From Rhizodiscina lignyota (taxonomy: Eukaryota): 64,000 bases of DNA. Positions 25,218-37,720 of the stretch are shown here, one piece after another (the stretch's first letter is position 1; every line of letters begins with the position of its first letter). The position numbers and the translations under genes are program-made. The notes under the pieces are model-generated. The model saw only the letters and a program-made list of their open reading frames with translations, did no database searches and had not been told where the DNA came from. The stretch spans positions 1,922,001-1,986,000 of the forward strand of contig ML978123.1 in assembly GCA_010015805.1 (NCBI GenBank), read 5' to 3'.

Positions 25218-26278
25218 ATGTCCGCAGACTTCTGGTCCTCCTATCTCTCCGGAGCCATAGGCATCCTCATCGGCAATCCACTCGACCTGCTGAAAACTCG
25301 CCTGCAAGCTTCCATCCAGCCTTCGCCCTCTGCCCCATCAGGCAACTTCCCAACCGCCACATCTCTCCTCCGCGGCGCTCCAGCTCCACTCCTAGGCTAC
25401 GGCGCGCTCAATTCCATCCTCTTCGTCACGTACAACCGTAGCCTCAATCTGCTGGGCGAAGCAGACTACAGTAACCCGCACAGTCTGGGGAGGGTGTGGG
25501 CTGCGGGTGCATTGGGCGGATTGGCGACATGGGTTGTTAGTGCGCCGACGGAGCTGGTGAAGTGTCGAGCGCAGGTCCTTGGCGATGGGGTTGGAGGAGG
25601 GATTGAGGGTGGAGGGAGAAGTGGGACGAATTCTTGGAGCATTGCGAAAGATATATGGAGGAGAGAAGGTGTACCGGGTTTATACTTTGGCGGCGCCGTC
25701 ACGAGTGTGAGGGATGCAGTGGGTTATGGATTCTAGTATGTGCGCTGCCTTATTTGCAAGGTGAGTCCTAGATGTTAATGCCATCGTGAAGTTTCTGGTC
25801 GTACGAGCTGTGTAAGCAAGCCTGGACGAAGCCGAACGAGACCGACCGTGATGCGGCCATCAAAGTACTCGTGTGCGGGGGAATCGCCGGCGTCATAACA
25901 TGGGCATCGATCTTTCCGCTGGGTGAGTCTGAGTGGGAACCTGATTGGTACGGTCACTGAATGTGGCCGTTTGTAGATGTGATCAAGACTAGAGTCCAAA
26001 CGCAGCCGTACCCCATGCTTGCACCCGAAGCTGTGATGGCAACAGAAGGACAAGCCCTCCTCAGACCTGATGCGGAACATCTCAAAACAGTCGCAGAGCG
26101 CAGAATAGGCGCTTTCGAAGTAGCTCGACAGGCGTACCAGAACGAAGGGGCAGCTGTCTTTTTCAGAGGCCTGGGTGTCTGCAGCGTGCGCGCATTCATT
26201 GTCAATGCCGTGCAGTGGGCTGCGTATGAGTGGATGATGCAGTTACTTAGAAAGAGCGATCAAATGCACAAAGTGTGA
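25218..26278 (+). CDS. Mitochondrial carrier (SLC25; carnitine/ornithine/basic amino acid type)
   Basis: Three PX[DE]XX[KR]X[RK] signatures: PLDLLKTR, PTELVKCR, PL|DVIKTR; RDAVGYG and RAFIVNA contact motifs; 2 introns. Confidence 0.92.
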
Positions 26279-26620
26279 TTATGAACTTTTGGTTTTGCAA
26301 TTTGGGGATCTCGAGAGTACTAGAGTTCGGGAAAGAAAAGTGATTGGAGACAACCTGAGAAAAGATTTGCAAGACCTCATGAACCGCCAGTTTGTTGCCA
26401 GTTGTTCCTGTGAACCCCCTCCGTGAATCGCAATTTTGTTGTTACAAGAAGGGTACTTTTTTGTGGGTTAATGAAAAGGGATAGGAAAGGGTGAAAAGAG
26501 GCTAGTGGTTGCAAGTCGTGTAGTAAAGGGAATACCGAGATGCTGAGAGTCGCTGAGAGGTCGTCAAGCCCGAAACTTAGAAGCAAATGGCTTGCGAAAT
26601 CCAGTGGGAGCGCAGATCCA

Positions 26621-28740
26621 TTACATGATCTGATCCTGAGTGATACCGCCTGCCGCTTCCGTATCCATTGCGTCGCCATTGCCAACGTTGGTGTACTTGA
26701 CGAAAGTCAAGCCGAGAGGACGACCACCGTACTGATAGCCTGAGAACTTGGCTAGAAGGCCATTAGTGCGTGTTCAAATCGACATTGCGCCTCACAACTT
26801 ACCAATAGCAGTCTCAGCGTCCTCCGCAGAGCTGAACTCAACCACACCGGTGCCTCGAGAGCGGCCATTTGGCTCGTACTGGATCTCAGCACGCTCAACT
26901 TTGCCGATAGTGGTGAAGAGCTCGACCAAGTCCTCGTTGCTAGTGGACCAAGGGAGCTGTTTGAAGTGAGTATCTGAACAGCTGCATCGGCATGTATCCA
27001 CTCACGTTGCGCACGTAGATGACCGGACCACGCTCACCGCCAGATGTGGCGTAATCAGTGAACGGGTTTGGCTGAGCCGGAGGAGCGTCGAAGCCGGCGC
27101 CTGGAGGGCCGCCGTGACCAGCACCAGCACCAGCACCAGCACCAGCACCACCGCTGAAGCCGCCACCGCCACCGCCATAGCCGCCGCCTCCATAGCCGCC
27201 GCGACCTCCTCCATAGCCACCTCCGCCAAAGCCACCTCGGCCACCGAATCCGCCACGGCCACCGCCGAATCCTCCACGCATGCCACCACCACCACCACCA
27301 CCATATCCGCCGCCGAATCCTCCACGGCCTCCAAAGCCACCACCACCGGGGCCACCAGAGCCAGCGAAGCGATCCTCTCTAACTTCCAGAGCGCGACCTT
27401 GCCACTCGTATCCGTTGAACTGCTGAATCGCGTTGCGGGCGTCCTCGGCGGTGTCGAATGCGACGATTCCAGAACCTTTAGGGCGACCATCGGGGGCAAC
27501 GTGAACGTCGGCGCGGATGACGGAACCTGTGATGGCTGTATGGGGTGTTAATAGGATTCGACGAGCCTTGGCGATCCTCCTATGCCATCCTTGATCAGTT
27601 TAATCAGCGAGGGGTATTGCTTACCAGCTTGACGGAACAAGTCTTTCAGATCCTGCCAGCCCACAGTGTATGGGAGCTACGAGTTATGGTCAATCCAACA
27701 CTCATTCACACCAGGGTATTCGAGGGGAGGGGAAACAAACGTTGGAGACGTAGATCTGGCGTCCTCCACCACCCGGAGCACCACCATAGCCTCCGCCTCC
27801 AAATCCACCACGGCCACCACCACCACCGCCGCCGCCGCCCATACCACCTTCGTAGCCACCGCGGGGAGCACCACCGGAAGGCTGAAAGCGTGGCTCGGCT
27901 TCACGGTCCTGCACGTAACAAGGCATCTTAATTAGCTTCTAGCCTATATTTGAACCCAAAGGTCTGTCTGGGAACACCATACCTCGCGAACGTAGACAAG
28001 TCGACCCATCAAGTTCTGGTTGCTGAGCGTGTTGACGGCGTTTTGGGCTTGTTCCCGAGTTGCATATTCCACAATGCTGTGATGTGAATAAGTTGCTGTA
28101 GCCGGCATAATGGTGAAGAAGTATAACTTACCCACATCCCTACATGACCCAGACCAGACCGGTCCCATCCGTCAATCCAAAGTCCATATAAATAACCAAG
28201 AAAAACCAAAAACCAAAACCGCATCATGTGTTGGCGCCCACCTTCGACATTCCATTTGGAAGTAATAATACGTCGGCAAACAGGACATCGCCCGCTGTGT
28301 CACACGTTAGTGTCGTGCGCTTCATTGGAATTCACACGTGAGCGTCGCAACCACCACTAACCTTGCCTCATGAAATCTTTGAGATGATGCCACTTGACAT
28401 CGTACGAGAGATTGCCGACATAGACGCGGCGGTCTTGTTGAGAAGAGTCGCGTAGAGACTGCATCATTTGCTCCTTCGCAACAGCGCGATCCTCAACGCT
28501 CCGAGCAGCCGGCGCAGGGCGACCACTACCACCGTAGTTGTTCGAGTAGCCTCCACCAGTGTTGTTCAAAGGCGAGCGAGACCGACGATCACTGCGGCGA
28601 TAGCCTTCACGAGAGCGGCTTCTTGAGCGCGGAGAGTAGGAGCGACGAGCGCGTCGGGGAGATCTTGAACGAGACCTGCGTCGAGGGGACCTGGAACGTT
28701 CGCCGCGCTGTTGTGGTTGGTAAGAGTCAACGTCAGCCAT
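26621..28740 (-). CDS. GBP2: Three-RRM SR/RGG RNA-binding protein (Gbp2/Hrb1/SnxA-like), multi-exon
   Basis: RS-rich N-terminus; RRMs [54 protein letters not shown] linkers; ends GITQDQIM*. Confidence 0.88.
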
Positions 28741-30730
28741 TGGAGAAAGGTCGGCAGAGTTTTATAGCACGATGAGTGTGTTCAAATATGATGAGGGGTG
28801 GTGAATGGAGAGTAGTTAGTGCGATGCACGTGGTGAGGTGTTGTGTTGGGTTGGGGAAGAGAGAGTGGTGTCAGAGGTGAAGGTAAGGCGCGAGGTCGGA
28901 AAGTAGGCCCGCGCCAAACGGACCGACCGCAAACCGCGCGGCTGACTTTTCACTCGCAAACTCCAGCAACATATGTGTCGAAAAATCGAAGGAAGTGGGT
29001 GTGAAGAAGCAATTGAGCGGCTTCACTCACCGGGCGGTAGGTATCTGAGTCTGTCGACAGTTCGTAAGCCACGACAGAGCACACAAACACGAGCAGGGAC
29101 TTGAGGTAAAGAAGTTCCCAAGAGCGAGCGCCAGACAACCAGCAGGGTCGCGGGGGCTAAAAGATGCAGCTATGAGAAGAGGGACCCTACCCATTACGTC
29201 TGTCAGGTGTGGAGGTCCACAGGGATGCGGCACCGTGGCAGTTTCTTTGAAAAATCGTCAGAAGCAGCAGTAGCAGCCGGTCGACCACTGGCGAAGCGCG
29301 ATCGGGCTGTCAACGGCTGGGCAGGCAGCTGAGATGCGCGCAGACTGAGAGCAAGCGGGTCTCTGGCGCTTCGAGAAGGAGTGTGGATGCAGAGACTTCG
29401 GAAAAGGTCGTCAGTTGCCTGAATTGCCTTGCCCGGAAGCAGGGCGAAGTGGATACACTGCGTTTGATGCTCCAGATTGCGCGTTCCGCAAAGTGCAGAG
29501 CTGGGAGATCGGAGGCGCCGTGTGAAGCGAGACGTCGCCTCGTGCAATGATGCGTCGACATCTGCTCCTGCGCCGCGAGCGGCCAATGGGCGGGAGGGGG
29601 GCTGCGGACGTACCTTTTTCCACGGCGAGTGCTTGGGATTTGGGACGCTGGCGACAGGCGTAGCGACGATGATGCCACGGTAGGAGTACGGCGACGGGCG
29701 CTGTCCCAAACTGCTGGGTAGTCGTTGAGCGTTCCTCAAATGTCGGGTGGTCGTCAGAAGATGGATGGGCTCCAAGCGTGAGCACGGCTGGCGCGATCCC
29801 TATCCCGGACGCGCGCAATGCACACCACGTCTCCGCTCTCGCTCGCACACCCAAGGCGAAGCCCGACCAGCCTGCCGACGCATATGCAGCAATCCCTTCC
29901 CGCGCAGGGTTGTTCACTTCAAGGTTGCTGTTGCTCCGAGCCTGCGACCGCAGTGGAGAGGAATCAGCTTCAACGCGCCTGGGTGGGCTGAGACTCAGCA
30001 AAGGCTACGGAGCGTTTCCATCAACGCCTATTTGAGCAGGCGTCTACGTGCCTACCTGCTCGGCATGCAACTAGTTTATATCCATGGCGATCCGCGAGCA
30101 AGAGATCTGTACTGGCACGTTGCGGCGTCGCTTGTCCGAATCTCACATGCTTCCCTCGTGGTCGCTCAACCCCATGCCCGGCCCTAGCACTCCTCCATGC
30201 CGCCCGCCTGAAAGGGAAGCTTTTCATATGGGACCTCTCATCCATCGTACCACGCCCTCGGTTCTCTGCCGGGCGCCATTGTCATACAGCAGCAGCATCC
30301 TCTGCCGTGAGTTCAAAAATCCTGTGCCCGGCACTATTGGCTCATGCTGGATCCTCACCTCCATCACATCGAGGCGTCTCACGAAGGAAGCTGAATGCAG
30401 GCATCCTCCAGATCTGTGGCTACTAGGGCTTGTTGACCGGTTTGCTCGGCATGTTCTTTACCCGCTGTTGCGTCGCCGTGCAGCAGGCCACATCTGAGAG
30501 ACCAGCGGTTCCTGATGCTCGCTCTCAGACTATCCGTCTTATTCGTCCTTTCGTCGTCGTCGCTGCAAAGCACTCATTCGGCCAGATTTGAGCCCTTTGA
30601 ACTCCACACCAAGTGCGACTTCCCAACCAAACAAACCCCAGCGTTGGAGATTGCGTCATCCATGCGCCCTAGGGTTCGCCGAACGCTGCGAGCTTGAGCG
30701 CCTGCTAGAGAAAAGCCAAAATACCTGCAT

Positions 30731-31502
30731 TTCGGGGTTCGTGGCGCCTGGCGCTTAAGCTGCAGGAGACAACATAGTCATCCATTGCATGAAGCTTACC
30801 TACATACAGTGCCCAGGATCCTGATGAAGCGTCGTTTACGAAGAGTTGAGGCTCTGCTGTCCAGCTTCCAACTTCCCTCGTTGCACACCCTTCGGGGCCG
30901 CGCAGGCCTCTACAATTTTCGGCGACTCTTCGAGCTCAACTGACGAACGATAGGCACCCTATTGACGTAGCAGAGGTTTGGCGAAGAATGCGGGGTTGTG
31001 AGTCCTGCGCTGCATCTGCTGCATCTGCTGTCTAGCTGATGAATGGACTCTCATGCGAGTGTCTTCATCAGCCATTCCGTTGGCTGCCGCCTACTGTTTT
31101 GGTTGTTGTTTCACTGTATCGACATCCATATCAGACCAACTGTCTCTACCCATTTGACGACATCTCGCGCGATACAAGGTGAATAAGGCACTCCAAGCCT
31201 GAGATTGCCGATAGAGCCTTGCCGAATCCTGTCCGTATATGAAATTGTAAGGGTGTTTTCATTAATTCCGTTGTTCTCTTTGGTTCCGCCTCATTGAAGT
31301 TCGGGGTGGTGGTGGAGTCTGGCCGAATATTCTTCTCATGACCAGTGCCATCGTGCTACCCGACCAAACGCGGTACACCGTGAAAGCGGGTCTACGGCAA
31401 GTAAATGCCTAGCGTGCCGTTCCGTACATGAGGGAATGCCACTTTTATACGTCGATAAAGTCGCCAGAACCTCCGGAGGTCGCTCGGGATAATAGTTCGG
31501 GG
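30731..31502 (+). promoter_or_regulatory. Four TTCGGGG motifs plus one CreA-type GCGGGG upstream of the MFS gene
   Basis: TTCGGGG at 30731, 30891, 31300, 31496; GCGGGG at 30990; TATA-like TATATAAAAG near 31625. Confidence 0.5.
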
Positions 31503-31721
31503 GCTCGGTGATGGCTCGCATATCACGATCTACCTTTACGAGAAAAAGATAGGGGAATCGGACACTTAGTGTATGTTGACCAAGCCACATGCGATCATAG
31601 TTGATATTGCTCGGCTTCAAAAGATATATAAAAGTCACGGTGGGCCTGTTCGAATTTGCCTCCATCAATTCCAAGCTCAGGCACAATTCAGGTTCGCTAA
31701 GCATCGAATTTCCTATCCACA

Positions 31722-33464
31722 ATGTCCGCCCACTCCACTCGCACTGCGTCTATTGACGACAGAGATCCAGTAGAAGAGAAAGACGAAGAAAAGGATTTGG
31801 ATGGATTCGTCCCTATCATACCAACCTCGACACGACCTGGGCCAACCGATATCGATGGCGCCGATCTTCTCAACCTTCCTTCTCGAACTCTAAGCAATGG
31901 GGCTCGACTGGATGAGTACACCGAAGAGACTGTTTCAGGTCAAATCCTGAAACGAGCTAAATCGAACAAGTCGGGAAAGATTGAAGACTATGAACTCGTT
32001 ACGTGGAAGATCGACGATCCAGAGAACCCGAAGAACTGGTCGAAGCCATACAAATGGTGGTGTACCATGGTGGTTGCTATCACTTGCTTCGTGGTGGCTT
32101 TCAACAGTGCTGTGATCACTGCTGATATTGCCGGTGTCTCCGAAACATTCCACGTCTCTGATGAAGTCTCACTACTTACCGTTACTGTGTAAGTGTATCT
32201 GGCCTCCTCCAAATGTCACAACGTAGAGGCTAACAATCTCAGGTTTGTCATCGGCTTCGGCGTTGGGCCCTTGGTCTTCGCACCACTCTCAGAAGTATTC
32301 GGTCGCCGCCCCGTTTATGCCATCACACTCCTCATCGCTGTTGTCTTCGTCATCCCCGGCGCTGTCGCAAAGAACATTGGCACACTCATAGTCACCCGTG
32401 CCATTGATGGTATTGCATTCAGCGCCCCCATGACGCTTGTTGGCGGCACTCTTGCGGATCTGTGGAAAAATGAAGAACGTGGTGTCCCTATGGCTTGCTT
32501 CTCCGCCGCGCCATTCATCGGCCCAGCCATCGGTCCACTAGTTGGTGGTTTCCTCTCTGACGCCGCCGGCTGGAGGTGGCTGTACTGGATTCAGCTCATT
32601 CTCTCCGGCATAGTCTATATCTTCATCACCTTCACCGTTCCGGAGACCTACGCCCCGACGTTGCTCGCCCGCCGCGCCAAGAAGCTCCGCAAAGAGACAG
32701 GCGACTCCAAGTACGTTACGGAGCAAGATCTCGATATGCGACCGCTGCCACAACGCATAAGCCTCTTCCTCATCAGGCCTGTGCAGCTGCTCTTCCTCGA
32801 ACCGATTGTGATGTGCATCTCGCTGTACATGTCGGTTCTCTACGGTCTTCTGTACATGTTCTTCGTCGCATATCCCATCGTTTATCAACAGGGGAAGGGC
32901 TGGAACGCAGGCGACACTGGCTTGATGTTCATCCCGATCGCGGTCGGTGTACTTTTAAGCGCTGCCTGTGCTCCTCTCGTGAACATGCACTACCTCAAGG
33001 TCTGTCAGAAGCACGGTGGTAAGCCACCAGCTGAAGCGAGATTGATTCCGATGATGGCTTCTTGCTGGTTCATTCCTGTGGGCCTCTTCATATTCGCCTG
33101 GACTTCATATCCAAAACTCTCTTACTGGGGACCGATGATGGGCGGATTTCCGGTCGGCTTCGGCTTCATCTTCTTGTACAACTCTGCAAACAACTACCTT
33201 GTCGACTCGTATCAACACCAGGCCGCATCCGCTCTCGCCGCGAAGACATGTATACGGTCTTTCTGGGGTGCTTCGACAGTCTTGTTCACCACTCAGATGT
33301 ACAATACACTTGGCTTTCAGTGGGCGAGTAGCTTGCTGGCCTTCATCGGCCTTGCTTGCTGTGCGATCCCGTACGTCTTCTACTTCAAGGGAGCAGCTAT
33401 CAGGAGGCATTCGAAATTCGCCTACAGCGGCGATGATGAAGAGACGGGGAAGACGGAGGTTTGA
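31722..33464 (+). CDS. MFS transporter, DHA1 (Tpo-like drug:H+ antiporter) family; intron 32189..32242
   Basis: [49 protein letters not shown]-like and YLVDSY motifs; about 12 hydrophobic segments. Confidence 0.93.
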
Positions 33465-34085
33465 TTGAAGGACAGGGCTCAGGAGATGTACACAATAATT
33501 TTGAGTGCTTGGAAAACTGTAGGAAGTGGTTAGATTGTAATTTTCGTTTCTGCATGGCGACGGCGTTCACGCGACTTGGTCTTGCCCCGATATTCCGAGG
33601 CATTCCTTTCGTGAACCAAGGGAGATACCAAAAAGCAATGTAGTCAAAATAATATACCCAATCAAATTACTCGATCTGTGGGCTAGACCTTTTTGAGTTG
33701 CAAGCACTGTTAGTAAGCCCAAGATTGGCGGTGATGACTCGATCAGGTCTGCAAAAATCACTCGGCTCGAGATTGCCGAGCGCCGCCTTTTCACTTCCCC
33801 AGCGTCCTCATCAGATACCGCGTTATTTCCTCTCCATACGACTTGCAGTTCTCCATTACCCCGAGATCACACCGGAGCCTATCTGTAATTGCTCTGTAGG
33901 GCTGAGGAAAATCCTCGACCGTTGTATATCAACCGCTCCGGCGCAATCTTGGCTCCCACCTCCCCGCATCAGCTTCGGCCCCGAGCAAATTCCTTCCAAC
34001 TCCAAACCTCATCCTGTGAAACTGCCCCACACCTTGAGCACAGAGACCCCTAAAAGGGACACTTAATTCATCCAGCAATCCTATT

Positions 34086-36413
34086 ATGGACGCTGACTCT
34101 ACAAATGGCCACGCCAGTGGCCAGACTGAAGAACACCATACGCCCGGCGCCGCCGGAGAGCACTCAGGCTTGGGCAATGGAGATACGCCCCCGCGTTCAG
34201 ATGTCGACGAGATCCTGAGGCGCAAGCGAAAGGCACGCGAGTACAAAGCATGCTACCCTTGCCGACAGAGGAAGGTCAAGTGCGACCAAGCTGTTCCGTG
34301 CAAGACGTGCGTTGCGCGCGAGCATCCGGAGCTTTGCACATATCATCCTCCCGCTGAGAGCCACCCGCCGGCGAAGCGGTTCAGCACTTCGTCTAATCAC
34401 GTTGGAAATGGCGCGGTGAGCTCGATCCACTATGGCGATGGCACTGTTACGTTGTCGCGTGAGGAATGGGATCGGATGTGCTCAAAGTTGAATACGGTCG
34501 AAAAGTCACTTGCGGATCTGAAGAGCTCTATGCGAGGAGGTTCTGACGGTTCGCCATTCTCAGGAGCAGATCAGTTCTCGCCAATTGGTAACCATGCCTT
34601 CCCTTCGAAGCCTGCTTCGTACACGGATGAAAAGGCTCGCCATTTTACCATGGAAGGGATCCATACGCGGAACGAACTCACTGGAGAAACTGTCCATATC
34701 GGAGGGTCCTCTGTTCCTGCGTTAGTGCTTGCTCTAGGTCGAGGTGAAAACGACCGGCCTGGAGTGCAGGAGCTCCTTGGAAAGAGCATTCTTCCCATAT
34801 TCGGATTAGATAACGAAAGTGCAACATATCCATTTGTCGACCTTTGGAGTCTTCCCCATGGATCTTTGATCAAAGTCCAGGAGCTATGCAAGACGCTCCC
34901 AAATGACTCTCAGTGCCTCAATTTCTTCAGACACTACAAGGACGTCGCACATGTCGTGTACCCCGCCATTGTGGACGTGGAGAAATTCGAACAGGATCTG
35001 CTTTTGTTCTTGATCAATCGGGCAAGCATGCAACCAAACGAAGATGGAAGCAACGGAATTACGGAGCAAAAAGTCTACGGAAAGAATATTGCTTGGGTCG
35101 GCCTTCTATTCGCAGCTCTCGCTTCCGGATGCCACATGTCTGCTCTTCCCCGCAAGGAAAGAGAACTAACTTCCCAAGTCTTCGTGTGCTGTAGTTTTGA
35201 ATGTCTCCGCGTCGCCAACTTCTTATCCCGCGCGACACTTGAGACGATTCAAACATTATTGGTTCTTGGCAATGTCATCTCGAACAACATGAATGCTGGC
35301 GTTGCATGGTCGTTACTGGGTCTTACGATCAGATTGTCACAGACAATTGGACTTCACCGGGCATGTCCTGCATCAACACCATTACCCGTCAAGATTCAGC
35401 GGAGCAAGACCTGGTGGGGTGTTGTCTGGCAAGACAGCCTCCTCTCAGTCACTTACGATCGCGCATCTGGGTCCACCTCGCCTGACCGACCTGCTTACTT
35501 CCCACCAAACACATCGTCCGGGCCTGGAAACAGGAGTTATCATGAATGCATGTATAGGCTCTGCCGACTTACTCTCGAGGTTGTGCGAGAACGGTCTGCA
35601 CCGCAAACATCAAACGAATCACTTGTCCGCATTACCGAGCACCGCCATGAAATTCAGCAGATTATGGCCGAAGCTGCCGACTATCTCAAAGATTCTAGGC
35701 GCTGTCGCTCCATTCGCGATCAGCTCGAGCACTGGGCACTTTACCTGCACGTTTCATATGTGACCTCGGAGCTCTGCAGACCTGCCATTTCTCCTTCCAC
35801 TCCAGAATACGACGTGACTCGCACTCTCCGCAAAGTCTGCATTGACAGCCTTGCCAATACCGTTGAAGCCTTCCTCGGTCTGCAGAATGTCACCCCTTTC
35901 GCGAATCGCAGTTGGGCAGCCATGCATCGCTCGCTCTCATGCGCAGTGTTACTAGGCATTCTCGGCGAACCGAGCCGCAATGAACGCGCCAGGACACTCA
36001 TTAACAAGCTCATAACGCTCATGAGCGAGGTCACCAGCACGCTGGATCCGCAGGAGCTGAGCATGCCAATCAAGAGGAGCATTGCGGCGCTCAGGAAGCT
36101 TACGCAACCGCAACAGTCCACACAATCAAATTCTGCACTAGACCCTACAATAGTTCCAAAGGACGACGATGGAAACGGTGAAATGGCTGGAGTTCAGTCA
36201 GGTGGCATAGTGGATGGTATCAACGGCCACGGTTTCAGGTTTGATGATAGTCCGCTTATGGGCATGAGTCCTTTCATTGTTGATCCGGATGAGAGTCCAT
36301 ATGCGCTTATGGACTCAATTATGTGGGGCGTAAGTAGCGTGAAGTCGATGCGGAATATACTCCTGGCTGACATTGAATAGGGCGTGCAGAGGACCCCTTC
36401 AGTGGGATCGTAA
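34086..36413 (+). CDS. Zn(II)2Cys6 transcription factor with fungal middle homology region (exons 34086..36329, 36381..36413)
   Basis: ACYPCRQRKVKCDQAVPCKTCVAREHPELC cluster; AWSLLGLTIRLSQTIGLHR...WWGVVWQDS motif; GTAAGT...CTGAC...TAG terminal intron. Confidence 0.93.
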
Positions 36414-36539
36414 GTCTACCAACTTCAAGCATGTCTATACAAAGGCTTAAGGTCTGCACAGAGTATGATCTCCCCATCGAAAAGGGCAAATATGACGGTA
36501 TACGATCGCGATCGTTAGATCCAAGCATCCTATCATTCT

Positions 36540-36914
36540 TCATGTCGGCATTTTACGCCTTTCGTTCCCACATATACCTTGGACGCACTTTGCAACCAAT
36601 CTGGACATGCTGCGGTGCCCCTATCGTGTCAGATATTAGCTTCTGATCTCATCTTGCTCGAATAATCGCCGCTTTCGCTTTCGCAGCCGTCTATGCTGCA
36701 AATCGAACCTTGCATTCCGACAAACCGGTTGGGGTCAAGTTTGAATGGCTCTGGCATACGTCTGCAATGCACCAAGCCTTGCATTGATCCTAGGCCTCAG
36801 ATGGCACTAAGCTGGGACATTCGGAGTCCAGGAGCCCTGTTGCAGGGATAGAGGGTTAGTGCTGGCCTGGGCGAAGAGTAAAAATGCTATGGCGGAGAGC
36901 ATGGTGAAGTACAT
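36540..36914 (-). pseudogene. Possible pseudogene of a small secreted Cys-containing protein
   Basis: Signal-like MYFTMLSAIAFLLFAQAST; after a frameshift and a TAG come DQCKAWCIAD, a canonical intron 36621..36759, then GHRSMSRLVAKCVQGICGN. Confidence 0.3.
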
Positions 36915-37720
36915 CGTGGTGGAGATTCTTTTATCATTTGAGAGAGTTATAATGTGTTCTGCAAGATCATGGTATTTACAGCAGGCAGGATCGCGAGTTC
37001 TTAGCCTTTGAAATTGCTGCGCGTCGATGAGAAACGTAATCAGCCGTTCATCAACAGAGGGTTGAGCGAGCGAAATGGCCATTTCAAAAGTCCAATATGA
37101 GACATCGCACATAGTGTCTGGCGTTATTGTTCCTGATCTTTGTGCTTGGGTCGGCCATACCATTGCTTTGTTCCTAATCAATCGGTCTTCAAGTGAAGTC
37201 GTCGGTTTCAGAGAGCACAACGAGTATAAGATATCTCATCTATCTAATAGGCCTAAGGGCTGACTTCTATTCTTCGTCGCTGCTTTAATGTTCGACTGTT
37301 TGAGATCATGTGTAAAGACACCTTACGTGCCAACATAGAGAACCTTTGTCTTGCTTCCTGGCGGCTTTCATTTGAGCCGTTTTTGGAATGAATATTCAGA
37401 ACAATACTGCGCGCGGAAACAACCCTCGTCTAATCTCCATCCTGATGACAACCTTCAGACACATATTCGTTAAATAAATGAAGGGATATCTTCGAAGCTC
37501 GTTGGGCTCACGTGACACGCGTGTTTTTCGTGATTCAGTGGCCGTGTTGTGAGATGGAACTCCAACCATTCACTCGACAACTGATCAAGAACGCATTCAC
37601 ATGCGAAGGGAACGCAGCCATGACTATGGCTGGAATATAACATCATACGTTCCTGGACAGCCAACTAAACGGCCGTCAACCTCTCAACCTCCCCCGACAC
37701 ATCGAACAACGATTACAAAC

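Noticed and set aside
29000..30700. Many overlapping 70-200 aa ORFs on both strands
   Set aside because: GC-rich sequence with no recognisable motif; ORFs of this kind are expected by chance.
30821..30846. CTGATGA motif as a hammerhead ribozyme core or C box
   Set aside because: No GAAA after a stem II and no paired D box with a terminal stem.
31476..31487. 12-mer GAGGTCGCTCGG shared with the acyl-CoA synthetase promoter (56859..56870)
   Set aside because: Some shared 12-mers are expected by chance in this much non-coding sequence.
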